Assembly: GCA_951406725.2 (NCBI GenBank)
Contig: OX597822.1
Span: forward strand, 46,624,001 to 46,688,000
Reading direction: 5' to 3'
Length of the DNA stretch: 64,000 nt
Source: Octopus vulgaris
Taxonomy: Eukaryota
This document shows, piece after piece, positions 51,815-64,000 of the stretch. The notes below the pieces were generated by a model, which saw nothing but the letters and a program-made list of their open reading frames with translations, ran no database searches and was not told the DNA's origin. Position 1 is the first letter of the stretch, and every line of letters starts with the position of its first letter. The position numbers were made by a program, and so were the translations under genes.

Positions 51815-52656
51815 GTAAGCAGTTTGTACTTTATTTTCTACCAAACATTTTGTTGTGGAGGCACAGGCATGGTACCATGGTTAAGAAGTTCACTTCTTGA
51901 TGATAATGATGATAACGATGATAACAGTTTGTGTGTGTGTGTGTGTGTGTGTGTTTACACTTAAAAGCAATACTAATGTTTATGCCCTGTAAATTAGCAG
52001 TTGAACTAAGAGATTGTTACAATAAATCTTGAACTGGATTTGATAAACTTTGAAAGCAGTGTCCCAGGATGGCCGCAATTGAATGGCTGAAAGAATAAAC
52101 TCTGTGTGTGCGTGTGCATGCGTGCACATTAAGAAGTTTGCCAACCAAGTTTCAGGTTCAATTCCACTGCATGGTACCTTGTACTAGTGTCTTCTAGCAT
52201 AGTTCCAGATCAGCTAGATTTTTGTGAGTTTATTTAGTAGATGAAAACTGAAAGAACTACCTTGTGTGTGTGTGTGTCTGTCTGTCTGTCTACCTTATTT
52301 TGATATTGCATGATAATTGTAAACAGTTACCACTGTCATATAAGCAGTGTAACTTGTTCCCTATATCCGGTCACAGGGAAATATTACTAGGCTTGGAAAC
52401 GGGATTGTTGGCAAAAGGAAATAGCATCTGGCAATAGAAAATCTGCCTCACTGAATTCTGTGTAACATAAGCAAACATGGAAAATGCACAATAAATTAAT
52501 ATGTATGTGTGTGTGTATATATACAAGTCAAGTGAAATTGTAGTCACCAGTGCCGGTGGCACATAATAAGCACCATTCATGTGTGGGTCGATGCCAGTGC
52601 TGCCTGACTGGCTTCCCATGGTGGTGGCATGTAAGAAGCAGCATCCAAACATAGTC

Positions 52657-53035
52657 GAGGCATAGGTTGTGTGCTAAGAAGCTTGCTTCCCAACCACATG
52701 ATTCTGGGTTCAGTCCCAATCCGTAACACATTGGGCAAGTGTCTTCTACTATAGCCTCGAGCTGACCAAAGCCTTGCGAATGGAGTTGGTAGATGGAAAC
52801 TGAGAGAAGCCCATCATATATATGCATGTGTATATTTGTGTGTGTGTGTGTTTGTCCCCCCCACCATCACATGAATACCAATGTTGGTGTGTTTATGTTC
52901 CCGTAACTTAGCAGTTTGGCAAAAGAGGACCAATAGAATAAGTACTAGGCTTACAAAGAATAAGTCCTGAGATCGATTTCTTTGACTTAGTGCAGTGCTC
53001 CAGGATGGCTACAATCAGACGAAATAAAAGAATAA
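52657..53035 (+). mobile_element. Family A tRNA-SINE, full copy
   Basis: Head, body and tail as in the 8281 copy. Confidence 0.85.
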
Positions 53036-53753
53036 AAAATATTAGTTATACAAGGGAAATCTTATTAGACAATTTGCATTGTCAAACATCAAATCTCCAG
53101 AGGTTACCTAACTCTCAAACGTATTTTTGTATCCATATCTGTTTGTTGACTGTTGTAGCAGTTGATAGGGCAATGCTGTCGACAGTCCCGTATGAATACT
53201 GAAGATTACTAATGAAAGTTACGCAGTCATCAGCTTGGAGGAGTTTGCTTATTTAATTGAACTTTATACATTGTTAATGAAATGTGCATAGGAAGATGTA
53301 ACTGTTATATAAACAATTCTGTTTTGTTTTGCAGTGTCTGTGTATGCGTATGCATGCATGCACACACTTATATAACTTAGATGGTTCAAATTGTATTCTG
53401 ATCACGACAGCAGCAGTGTACAGTCTGTTTTAGCTACTTTATCACATTTACATTGCCTATAGTTTCTGTTGGCATTTTTATTGTTTAATACACGAATTAC
53501 TTTAGCTTTATGGATAATTAAAACAAGTTAGTGATGTGGGCTTCTGAAAATTTGATTAGTTTGTAATTAGTTTCTCTGGCTTTTCTTGTTTATGTAACTT
53601 CTTTTACAATCTGTTGACCATAAAAATAGATTCTGAATAAAGCGTTAACAGAGATAAAGTGTTAACAGAGATAAGAACTGTGGCAAAAATATAATGAATT
53701 TTTTTCAGGTTAAAGGAAGTAAACTTTACATATGCACTCATCATCATCAGCAT

Positions 53754-53950
53754 TTAACCCTTTCGTTACCAACCCTGCTGAAACTGCCTCTGGCTCTGAG
53801 TACAAATCTTCCACTAAACCTTAGTCACAATTTCTGTTCTTAACACTAGCTGAATGATAACAAAGTTATTTTATTAAATTCTTTGTAATATTTAAAGTAA
53901 TTGAAAGAAACACAGAGCATCTCAAAATAAATACAGTAATGAAAGGATTA
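53754..53950 (+). mobile_element. TTAA MITE family P1 inserted into an RTE tail
   Basis: TTAACCCTTTCGTTAC...GTAATGAAAGGATTA splits catcatcagcatTTAA|tgtctcttttctatgctggcatgg. Confidence 0.8.
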
Positions 53951-54229
53951 GTGTCTCTTTTCTATGCTGGCATGGATTGGAGGGTTTGACAGGATCTGGC
54001 AGGTCATAAGGGTGCACAGAGCTCCAGTGTCAGCTTTGGCATGGTTTCTATGGCTGGATTCTTTCCTAATGTCAATCACTTCACAATGTGTATGGGGTGC
54101 TGTTTCTTGTGCCACCAGCATGAGTGAGGTCACCATGTAACTTGCAAGATGAGAAAAGATCAGGAAAAAGGAAGAAGCCCCCTTCAACTGAGGGAGGAGG
54201 ATTTAAGAGGGTGATATATATATATATAT

Positions 54230-54550
54230 ATGTTGCTACCTCACGGAGGCAATGACCAAGATCTTTGGCATTATGTCATGCTTGAGAAGAAGCAAAATTG
54301 CAGTCGTGACATATACCAGTGTAATGCAAATTGGCACCTGTGCCAGCGGCATGCAAATGGCACTGTGCTGGTGGCACATAAAAGCACCCATTACACTCTT
54401 GGTGTGGTTGGCATTAGGAAGGGCAACCAGCTGTAGAAAACCATGCCAAATCAGACTGGAGTCTGGTGCAGCCTGCCAGTCCAGTCAAACCGTCCAACCC
54501 ATGCCAACATGGACAACAGATGTTAAATGATAGTGATGATGATGACGATG
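54230..54550 (+). mobile_element. RTE LINE 3' end copy
   Basis: DQDLWHYVMLEK, one ggtggcacataaaagcacc unit, aggaagggca, and an (atg)n tail. Confidence 0.72.
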
Positions 54551-55957
54551 AGGTGATTTTATGCCAGTGTTCAAAGGCTAACATACGATAGGGGAACAAG
54601 CCTAAGTTTTTTTTTTTTGGCGATACAGGTGTTATACAGCCACCACATATCATATAAGGGTGAGTAGGAAGAGCTTGAAAGAAGAGAGATTCCATATTTG
54701 TATGTATATCATCATCATCTAATGTCTGCTTTTCCATGCTTGCATTGGTTGAACAGGGTTCATTTCAGGCAGATTTTCTATAGCTGCATGCCCTTCCTTT
54801 TGCTGACATTCACCTGTTTCCAAGCAGACATGCTTTCACAGAATATTGGAAATGAATGACACTGCTTATATGACAGTGACATTCCTTTACAACTCTCATG
54901 CAATGTTAAGACGGAGGCATCTGCACACGCACACCTGTCTATCTACCTATCTATCTTATCTGTCTATCTACCTATCTATATACACACACACACACACACA
55001 TACATATATATGTATGCATATGACAGGCTTCTTTCAGTTTGTCTACCAGATCCTCTCACAAGGCTTTGGTTGACCCCAAGGCTGTTGTAGAAGACACTTG
55101 CCCAAGATGCCACACATTGGGACTGAACCCCAAAACATGCATTTGATAAGCAAACTTCTTACCACAAACCCTCGCCTATACATGGTTTGACTGAGGACTG
55201 GCAAGCCAGTAGGCTGCACCAGGTCCCAATCTGACCTGGCAAGGTTTCCACAGCTGGATGCCCTTTCTAACACTAACCACTTTGAGAGTATAGTTGGTGC
55301 TTTTTACGTGCCACCGTGGGGGCTGAGATACACACACACACACACGCACACACACACATACAGAGAGGGAGGCAGAGAGAGCGAGGGAGTACCAGTAGAA
55401 AAGGCAGAGGAATTTAATAGAGGGAAGGGGGTAGTGCTCATGTCCTTTGCCAACCCTTTTGGATAGGAGGTTATTGATGCAACTGATGTGAAGCCTGCAC
55501 ATCAAATTAATATCTATGGGCAACTCGGCTCTGTCATTCATGTAATCTTTTCATCCTTTAATACCAGCCCTCCCTGCACCATTTTGCTTCTCCACATGAT
55601 AGTTCCAGGTTCAGTCCCACTGTATAGCACCTTGGGCAAGTGTCTCCTAACTAACCAAACCCTTGTGAGTGGATTTGGTAGACAGAAACTGAAAAAAATC
55701 CCATCATGTGTGTGTGTGTCTCACTTCAGCTTGGCAACCAGTGTTGGTGTGCTTACGTACCTATTATTTAGTAGTTTGGCAAAAGAGACCTATAAGTACC
55801 AGTTGATTCATTCAACTAAAAATTCTTCAAGGTGGTGTCCCAGCATGGCCACAGTCTAATGACTACAGCAAATAAAAGATGAAAGAAAAGGTTTGGTGGT
55901 GGTGGTACAGTGGTACACAAGTCTAAACACCATTCAACTGACTGCAATATGTTACTG

Positions 55958-56274
55958 CCTTATGTTGTTATTGTTTGTTCCTTCTCAAGCCATGCCTGGC
56001 TCATAAGGGCAGGTTTCCTTGTTTCATAAGTGTATAGGTTCCCCACCTGGATTGGACGCTGGTCAGTTGCAGGTGAACTGCTAGATGCAGGAGGAAAGAG
56101 TGAGAGGAAGTCGTGGTGAAAGAGCCCACAGAAGTTCACCATTACCTTCTGCCAGAGCCATGTGGAGCTTAAGTGTTTCGCTCATAAACACACACATTGC
56201 CCGGTCTAAGATTCAAACCCACAATCCCTCAACCATGAGTTTGCTGCTCTAACCACTAGGCCATGTGCCTCCAC
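55958..56274 (-). mobile_element. tRNA-SINE sharing head and body with the 5032 element but with a different tail
   Basis: Minus strand gtggaggcacatggcctagtggttagagc...gtgtttatgagcgaaacacttaagctcc, with a tail ending gagaaggaacaaacaataacaaca. Confidence 0.75.
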
Positions 56275-56775
56275 TATTGACTTAATTAACACCGAGATTA
56301 TTATGATGCTAATTTACGCAACGTTTTTGGTTGTTGTCCATAAGAAAGACTTATAAAGTCTCTTCAGTTTCTTGCTACCTTTAAATATACCATTTTACAA
56401 ATATCTTCATTTAACACCTGTTTTTTTCTCTTTTTCTTTACTGGCATAATTCAGGAGGGTCTGCTCCATTGCAGTATTGCACCACTTATTGTGGTCCTTT
56501 ATTTTCAGTAAGGTCCAGTGCCCTGACATCAACTTAACTACTTCTTCCCATGGATTGTTTGACATTTCTTTACCTATTTATTCTTATATATCCAACACAC
56601 ACACACACACACACACACACAACAGGATTCTTTCAGTTTCCATCTACTAAATCCCCTCACAAAGCTTTTCTTGGCCTGGTGTTATTGTAGAAGACACCTG
56701 CCCTAGAAGCCACACATTTGGGACTTAACTCAAAACCATGTGGTTGGTACACAAACTTCTTACCACACATCCATG

Positions 56776-56844
<69 letters not shown>

Positions 56845-56871
56845 TTTATTTAAAGCAGCAGAAAATTCAAC

Positions 56872-56919
56872 AAAATCTGTTACTCTGAGTTTCTTGTTGC
56901 CGTTCATCAGACAGTTTTT
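56872..56919 (-). ncRNA. Type I hammerhead ribozyme motif (degenerate stem II) in a Penelope-LTR-like fragment
   Basis: Minus strand: AAAACUGU-CUGAUGA-ACGGCAACAA-GAAA-CUCAGAG-UA-ACAGAUUUU. Stem I is AAAACUGU/ACAG(A)UUUU, stem III is ACUC-A-GAGU, and the cleavage triplet is GUA. AATAAA lies about 25 nt downstream. Stem II is mismatched in this copy. Confidence 0.6.
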
Positions 56920-57892
56920 GCACGCACACACACACATTTCAGAATGTAAATACATGTGGATTGTTGGTGATTTTTTTTTCCCCCTCTGTCTTCCTTTTCT
57001 CTTGGCCTTTCCTTTGTCTCCTGTTTCTCAAGAAGAGCTTTGCTCAAAATGTAAAATACCCTTTCTTCCCTGAGTGTCTCTTAATATTTTTAATACTTTG
57101 CATGTACCATGTCCTTGTGTTGTTTTTTTTTTCCTTCTTTTTTTGGGGGATTAATTAGATAGATGGCTGGATGGATGAGTGGGTGGGTGGGGAGAGAGAG
57201 AGAGCAGTGCAGAGCAGGCATATACCAGTAACATGTCCATCATCAGTACAGTCTTCTTTATTGCACATTGCAGCTCTTTCCTCTGTCACCCATTTTCTTC
57301 TAGCTCAGCTCTGTGTTACTGTTCATGCATGTCAACAGAGTTTACAACATGGTTTTAATTTAAATTTGTCTCATAAATTGGACTTGAATTTTCTATTTGC
57401 CAAAATCAGCTCTTCACCATGTACTTAAACTAAGTTCATCTCGTTTTCTTATCCAAATTTGCTACATGTGTCTAATGCAGAAAATTCCACATGTTTCAGT
57501 TTCATAATTGTCCTATAGGCACTGACATGTTTAGGTGGTTGAGAATTTTACTTCCCAACCACATGGTTTTTGGGTTCAGTCACGCTGAGTGGCATCTTTG
57601 GCACTGGGTCAGCCAAAGCTTCATGAGAGGATTTGATAGATGGAATATAAAAAAAGCTTGTTGTGCATATGTGTGTGTGTGCACATGTGTGCATGTTATG
57701 TTGACACCACATGATAGTTGTACAGGAGTGTCACTGTCATGCAAAGAGTGTTGTTCATCTCCAAAGTTCTTTGCAAACTTGTTTGGTCATGGGGAAATAG
57801 TACCTTGTTTGGAAACAGGTGAGGGTTGGTGACAGGAAGGGCATCCAGCTGTGGGAAATCTGCCTCACTAGATTCTATCTGACCCATGTAAG

Positions 57893-58069
57893 TGTGGCAT
57901 GGCTGTGTGATAAGAAGCTTGATTCCCAACCACATGGTTCTGAGTTCAGTCCCACTGTGTGACACCTTGGGTAATTGTCTTCTTCTATAGCTTTGGGCAG
58001 ACTAAAGCCTTGGGAGTGGATTTGTTAGATGGAAACTGAAAAGAAGCCCATAGTACATATGTATGTATG

Positions 58070-58119
<50 letters not shown>

Positions 58120-58330
58120 CATACATACATACATGTGTCTGTGTTTGTCCTCCCGCCATTGCTTGACAACTGATGTTGGTGTGTTTATGTCCCTGTAACA
58201 TAGCAATTTGGCTAAAGAGATCAATGGAATAAGTACTTGGCTTACAATGAATAAGTCCTGTGGTTGATTTGTTTGACTAAAGGCGGTGCTGAAGCATGGC
58301 TGCTATCAAATGACTGGAACGAAAGGATTA
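57893..58330 (+). mobile_element. Family A tRNA-SINE, full copy
   Basis: Head, body and tail as in the 8281 copy. Confidence 0.85.
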
Positions 58331-58439
58331 AGACAATGGGGATGAAGATGAAGATTTCTATTTGAAAATCATCATCTACTACCCTTTCACTTGTATAATA
58401 TGTTCCCGTATTAGGTCCTGCACATACTCTTAGTTTAGA

Positions 58440-58680
58440 TGTGTCACATTCTGACCCAACATTTTGTCTGGTGTCACTTTGTCCAAAGTCACTTCGTCCA
58501 TGTCTTTTGATCCGACATCTTTTTTTCCGATAATTTTTAATAAACTTTTTAGAAAATAAGGTGAACATCAAAATCAAATAATCATTGAAAATTTTATTGA
58601 TAGGATTTGTTGTTGGACAAAAAAATTCATCGGATGAAAAGACGTTTGACGAAGTGATGTCAGACAAAAAGACTTAGTAC
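58440..58680. mobile_element. Foldback-like non-autonomous DNA element with inverted arms of short repeats
   Basis: The left arm repeats tttgtct/tttgtcc/ttcgtcc, the right arm carries the complements ggacaaa/ggatgaa/tgacgaa/agacaaa, and the centre is AT-rich. Confidence 0.45.
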
Positions 58681-58698
58681 TGTCTCACATATCTTCTA

Positions 58699-59190
58699 TC
58701 ATCATCATCGTCATCATCATCATCATCGTTTAACGTCTGTTTTCCGTGCTAGCACGGGTTGGACGGTTTGACCGGGGTCTGGGAAGCCAGGGGCTGCACC
58801 AGGCTCCAGTCTGATCTGGCAGTGTTTCTACAGCTGGATGCCCTTCCTAACGCCAACCACTCCAAGAGTGTAGTGGGTGCTTTTTACGTGCCACCAGCAC
58901 AGGTGCCAGGGGGGGTCTGGCATCGGCCACAATCGGTTGGTGCTTTTAATGTGCCACTGGCACAGAACAGAAGGCGGCACTGGCGTCAGCCACGTTCGGA
59001 TGGTGCTTTTTATGTGCCACCGGCACAGAAGCCAGTCGAGGTGGTGCTGGCAACGGCCACGTTCGGATGGTGCTTTTTATGTGCCACCGGCACAGGTATC
59101 ACAACTGCTATTTCCATTGATATTTATTTCAATGTTCATGTACTTGACTCAACAGGTCTCCTTAGTCACAGCGGGATGTTCTGGAATCCA
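58699..59190 (-). mobile_element. RTE LINE 3' end copy with four diverged 3'UTR repeat units
   Basis: (CAT)n tail, ctggatgcccttcctaacgccaacc, and four ggtgctttttaygtgccacyrgcacag units. Confidence 0.8.
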
Positions 59191-59199
59191 AGGTACTTC

Positions 59200-59497
59200 T
59201 ATATGATAACAAAATCTCCCATGACTTTCAGAAACATTTTTTCACACTCAGAGTTGCTGAAGCATGGAACAAACTACCTGCATCAGTTGTTAGTTGCCGA
59301 GACATTACATCCTTTATAATCTCACTGCTTCCTGAAATTCACCAACTCTACACCTGATACCCCCCCTTCCATGTATATTATGACTCTTACTCTGTTCACT
59401 TTCTTGACTTTTGTACATAATTCCGTGTACTGTACATGTACCTTTGATGAGTTGTAGTGCACCTGAGCACTATACACAATAATTTCATTATTATCAT
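59200..59497 (+). mobile_element. CR1-type LINE 3' end
   Basis: KHFFTLRVAEAWNKLPASVVSCRDITSF (CR1 ORF2 C-terminus, FFxxRVxxxWNxLP), a 3'UTR stem-loop tagtgc-acctga-gcacta, and an (ATT)n tail. Confidence 0.8.
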
Positions 59498-62400
59498 TTT
59501 AAAATGACACTGGGTCTTTTTATCTTCTCTTTATTCCATAGTATTATCTCGGCAATTTACTTCTTATAATACTGTCACACATGTAATTTGATTGGATGAA
59601 TTAAATATCAGTTGTGATTAGTTTTATTTTCTTTAATTACACAACAAAATTATTTTAGTACATTAACATTAGAGTGAGGATCTTCCAATACAGACCACTG
59701 TGCATTAATGGATTAAGAAAGGTGAAGCAATAATAAACATGACATTAGCTAGGGAATGCTGCTAATAATGTTGGTCAGTGGGTGGGGGTTTGGCAAATCT
59801 ATCTTCTACAAATAGCTGTTATTGTACATGCCTCAACTTGTCTGGTTGTGAAATAGTGTCCAGTGAGAGACGAGAACGTCAAGAGGGAAAGAGTTTTAGA
59901 AAGGAAATTGAAACCATAAAACAGAGATCCTGTTGAGAACAAACAGCTCTGTAAATATTCTCTTTCTTTCTCTTCTGAAGAGTAGTGGTGGTGATGATGA
60001 TGATGACAACTATGATGATGATGATGATTATTATTATTATTATTATTATTATTATTGATTGATTGATCTCGTGGAATTTTGTATAGAGTTTATCCTTCCA
60101 TATTGATTGTAATATGAATCTTGTTATCTATCTGTTGCTTTGTCTGTTTATCCATTTGTCTTATCTGTTTTATACATCTCTGTATCCTTCCTTCCTTCCT
60201 TATCTCCGTAACAAAAAACAGATTCCACACTCTACTTCACAGTTGGGTGTTTAATGGTACGAGGAAGAGCGTTATCTACAATAAAAATGTTTTGCTTAAA
60301 CAAATGTACCTATGCGAGCAGAAACTGTTTAGTTATTGATCTGCTACTATTCAAACTGAATACTGACCCTTTCCTGTACCAACAAATGTGGGCGGAGAGA
60401 GAAAGAGAAAGATGGGACTATCATTTTATTAATAAAAAATCCATGGTCTTGCTTGTCCATTCTGTGGTTAATCAGACTGTACAAGTTATTTAACCCCAGG
60501 CTAATCCTAATTGAGCAGGTTCATCAAAAACATTCCACCTGTAATAATCCCATCTTTTCCATAGACACAGTGCAGCAGGCATCACATTATCTGATGGGGT
60601 CAGGGTCCTTTTTTTTTTTTTTTAAGAAGGTAAAGTGTAATTATGGGGAGATTTGCCTGTTATTTCTAGCAGGTAAGTTGAGAATCACATTATTTAATGT
60701 GGCCTTCTTTTTGTGGCTATAGGAGAGATTACCTGTTATTTCTAGCAAATCAGGCAACAGCACAGAGACCTCTTTGTTGGCTTGTGTATTTATACTAGTC
60801 ATATACCAAGTTCAAAGTACTTAGTTATGCATGCAAAAAGGTTCTTGGCATAGTAATGTGTGAGATGAATATTTTAGAGAGATTGCTTACCTTGCTTCAT
60901 GGTTGAGTGGCTAGCTGTAGGAAGTTATCCTGTTGTTTACAGCAAGAACGAAAATCTATCTGGAAATCAATTTATGCATAGAGACATAGGAAAACATTTT
61001 ACTTTGTTTTAACTCAATCTCCTGTCTTTTGTAAGACCACCATTGGCCTCTCTGAGTTATTTCTCGGAGCTTGTTTTTAGTTTAAATTATCCTGGCTCAA
61101 GCATGGCTACATGGTAAGAAGCTTGCTTCCCAACCACATGGTTTTGGGTTCAGTTTGACTACATGACGCCTTGGGTGAGTGTCTTCTCCCATGGCTTTGT
61201 GAGTGGATTTGGTTGACAGAAACTGAAAGAAACCCCTCGTGTGTGTGTGCGTGTCATTGTCCACATCATCACTACTTAACAACTGGTGTTGATGTTTAAC
61301 TTCTTCTTCACAGTGTCTCAGCATGGCCGCAGTTTAATGACAGAAACATGCAAAATATAAGAGGTAGACTTGATTGTGTGTGTGTGTGTGGTAACTAGAG
61401 TAGATGGATAAAGACATGGGCGAATAGTTAAAAAGTTTACTTTGCACTGTTCAGAAATTTGTTTAAAACAATGGCTTAGATGTTCACTTTCTATTGAAGA
61501 AGTAAGAGAATGGGTGTGTTTGCGATTATTTCATCTTTTCATACCAACAGCAAAATGTATCAAGATTGCTTTGAAATGAAATGGTATAACACAGAACATT
61601 AACAGAAGCATCGGTTATAAGTTTGATGGTGTTCATACCTGTAATACCAATTTTTACTGTTATTTATAAAAGTTGGACCAAAAGATACTGTTAGACAGTT
61701 GTTAATAGTTATGTCCTCCTCAGGAGTTATATAACTCTCTTACTGAATATGTTGCATAGTTTGTTGCTTTGTTCCTTTATGTGATTCAACCCAAAGGCTG
61801 TGGCCATGCTGGGGCACTGCCATTTGTTTGGCTAATATTGGCAATTTGTTAAATTAGCTACTTGCTTAGATTTCTTAAATCTTCAACAAGGTGTAGCCGT
61901 GGTTGAGTGGTTAAGAAGCTTGCTTCCCAACCATTTGGTGTTGGGTTCAGTCCCACTGTGTGGCACCTGGTGCAAGTGTCTTCTACTATATCCTTGGGCA
62001 GACTAAAGCCTTGTGAATTGATGTGGTAGGCAGAAACTGAAAGAAGCCCGTTTATGTGTGTGTGTGTGTGTGTGTGGTTTGTATTTACTCTTGTCCAGAC
62101 ATCATGTAATAGTTGTAAATGAGCATCATTGTTATACAGGCAGGGTTGTTTGTTTTCAGTCTTCTCTGAAAAATATGTCAAGCTATGGGGAAAATGTTAC
62201 CTTCCTTGAAGACAGGTGAGGGTTGGTGACAGGAAAGGGATCGAGCCATAGAAGATCTGCATCAAGAAATTCCATCTGACCCATGCAAGCATGGAAATGT
62301 GGACAGTAATGATGGTGGCGGATATGGCCGGTTTGAATATGAAATGGTTAAAAACTAGTTTTACTGATATTGCTTTCAAAATTCTTGTCTTTTTCACATG

Positions 62401-62764
62401 TTCACTTGTGCATGTTTGCAATAGCTACTGTCTGACAGAACATGTTTCAGTGGCCAGAAAAACATGTTGAATTACGTGAAACGATAGAGTAAGAAACCTA
62501 GTACCAGATCTTTTCATGGACCTTTCAAATACTACTCTGGCTCCCCAATTTACTCTTTTGCTTACACAGACCCCACAAAATCTTATATGGAGCCCTAAGG
62601 TTCATGTGGACCCTGGTTTAGAATTTCTTTGTCTCCATACATACACACACTGAAATAGTCAGCTACCATACATACATTGTGTAGAGAGATCACATGTGCT
62701 AAATTAGTCATTTTGTTACTACACACACATTATATAGAGATATCACAGTACACCCTAAATTAGT

Positions 62765-62986
62765 CAGGGTGGCCTGAAAGTAGGTTTACAGTTATCACGT
62801 ATGCACTTGTTATAAATTTTTTAAAAAATTTATAACATTTAAATTTCTCTTACATACTGGAAACTAAATTAGCATAGAATAATAGTTTCATATTGTTTTG
62901 TTTTTTTATAATTAAGATCTAAACTGTTAATATATGAATTCAAAAGAGATAGTTGAATAACTGTAAACCTACTTTTGGGCCACATT
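62765..62986. mobile_element. Tc1/mariner-type MITE
   Basis: Terminal inverted repeats of about 28 bp: gtggcctgaaagtaggtttacagttat / ataactgtaaacctacttttgggccac. Confidence 0.8.
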
Positions 62987-63669
62987 ATATAGAGACATCA
63001 CAACACATAGCTACTTAGTTATCATGGAGAGATTATATATATAACATCATTGTACACACTAAATAGTCAATTTGTTACTGTATATCCATTGTATAGATAC
63101 ATCAATGTATATGCAGATTAGCCACTTAGTTACCAAACATACATAGACACATCACTGTCCACTCTAAAACCAGCAATTCCAGGAAATGCTGATGATGGCT
63201 TAATTGAAAATTGTGCGTTGGTACGGAGAAAATTGTAATGAATTCCTGGAAAGACAATTGTGGTCTGTCATCCCAGTATGTTTTATTGTGGTAATAGCTG
63301 CAACAATAAAGCTGTGTGTGTAGTAGTAGTAGCAGGGATGTTGTATAGATCACTATTTAACCATTTGACAGTGAAGTAAATATTTAATTATCCTAAATAT
63401 GGTGTGAATTAGAGTAGGGGTGATGTTAACTGATTTAAAAGATTATTTGCCAACATAACGTGGCAGTCTTGGTTTAGGACAAATGTTGCTGTAATTTAGC
63501 CCCAGGAGGCATCGTCTCCAGCTGGCTATATGACATGACCTGTGTCCTTATATTTTCGAACAAGAGCATTTAGCACCCCCACTCAGCTCAAAACAATATC
63601 TGTGTATTGCAATTTCTGGGTTATTTCTCTTCATCAGCACAGAATAATTGTTTGGCTAGAGGTGGTGCT

Positions 63670-64000
63670 ACCAAATAAGAGGTGCAGCTATATCAAAGGA
63701 AGGCTAACTGGGAAGATAGTTTTTGTGTGTGGCAAATGCTTAGGGGCAGTAAACACTGAAAATGTGCAGAAAACAGCTTCTGTCACATTCCAGGGGGAAA
63801 AGCTACAAGTAGTTGATAGCTTCCATTACCTAGGTGAGCAAGCCAGTAGAGGGGGTGGATGCTCTGAGAGTGTTACTGCTAGAATAAGAATAGCTCCTAA
63901 CTCTGCTGGTGACAAAGGGCTTCTTAGAGTAAAAGGTGACTATGACGTATGTGTGCGAACAACCATGCTACATGGCAGTGAAACATGGGCCATGACTGCT
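63670..64000 (+). mobile_element. RTE LINE fragment (post-RT region), running off the window end
   Basis: IKGRLTGKIVFVCGKC...LQVVDSFHYLG...GGGCSESVTARIRIA...TMLHGSETWAMT. Confidence 0.85.

Noticed and set aside
53195-53235. CTGAAGA...GAAA hammerhead-like spacing
   Set aside because: The stem II closing pair and stems I and III cannot be formed.
58875-59100. CRISPR-like repeat-spacer appearance (also at 42103-42750)
   Set aside because: The 'spacers' are homologous to each other, the units are part of an RTE 3'UTR, the context is eukaryotic and there are no cas genes.
51815-64000. Further CDK12 exons (kinase domain)
   Set aside because: No ORF with kinase motifs (GEGTYG, HRD, DFG) or the expected LPLPP/KKRPK segment was seen; the next exons presumably lie beyond the window. 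Very small exons cannot be excluded.

Overview
AT-rich eukaryotic genomic DNA, dense in microsatellites and transposons. The SINE repertoire suggests an Octopus/coleoid cephalopod; this is an inference from recognised repeat types, not a database result. Only one convincing protein-coding exon is present: 51134-51814 (+), a 681-nt symmetric phase 2-2 exon encoding an RS-rich then proline/acidic segment that resembles exon 2 of CDK12/CDK13. The rest of the window is therefore most likely two very large introns (>51 kb and >12 kb). These are filled with tRNA-derived SINEs of several modular families, degenerate RTE, CR1 and Penelope retroelement fragments, TTAA (piggyBac-type), mariner/Tc1, hAT and Helentron-type non-autonomous DNA elements, and simple repeats. 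Nearly all other listed ORFs are microsatellite or SINE artefacts. The most notable observations are: (1) a tRNA-headed SINE-like element carrying a minimal type I hammerhead ribozyme (1202-1247, minus strand), and a second, unrelated hammerhead at 56872-56919, both antisense to the host gene; (2) an RTE LINE family with a PHD-like zinc finger downstream of the RT core and a 3'UTR with an expandable 61/62-bp tandem array; (3) a stop-free 3n exon flanked by inverted repeats, a candidate for circRNA formation or RNA editing. Repeat boundaries were read by eye and are approximate unless TSDs or splice sites are quoted.
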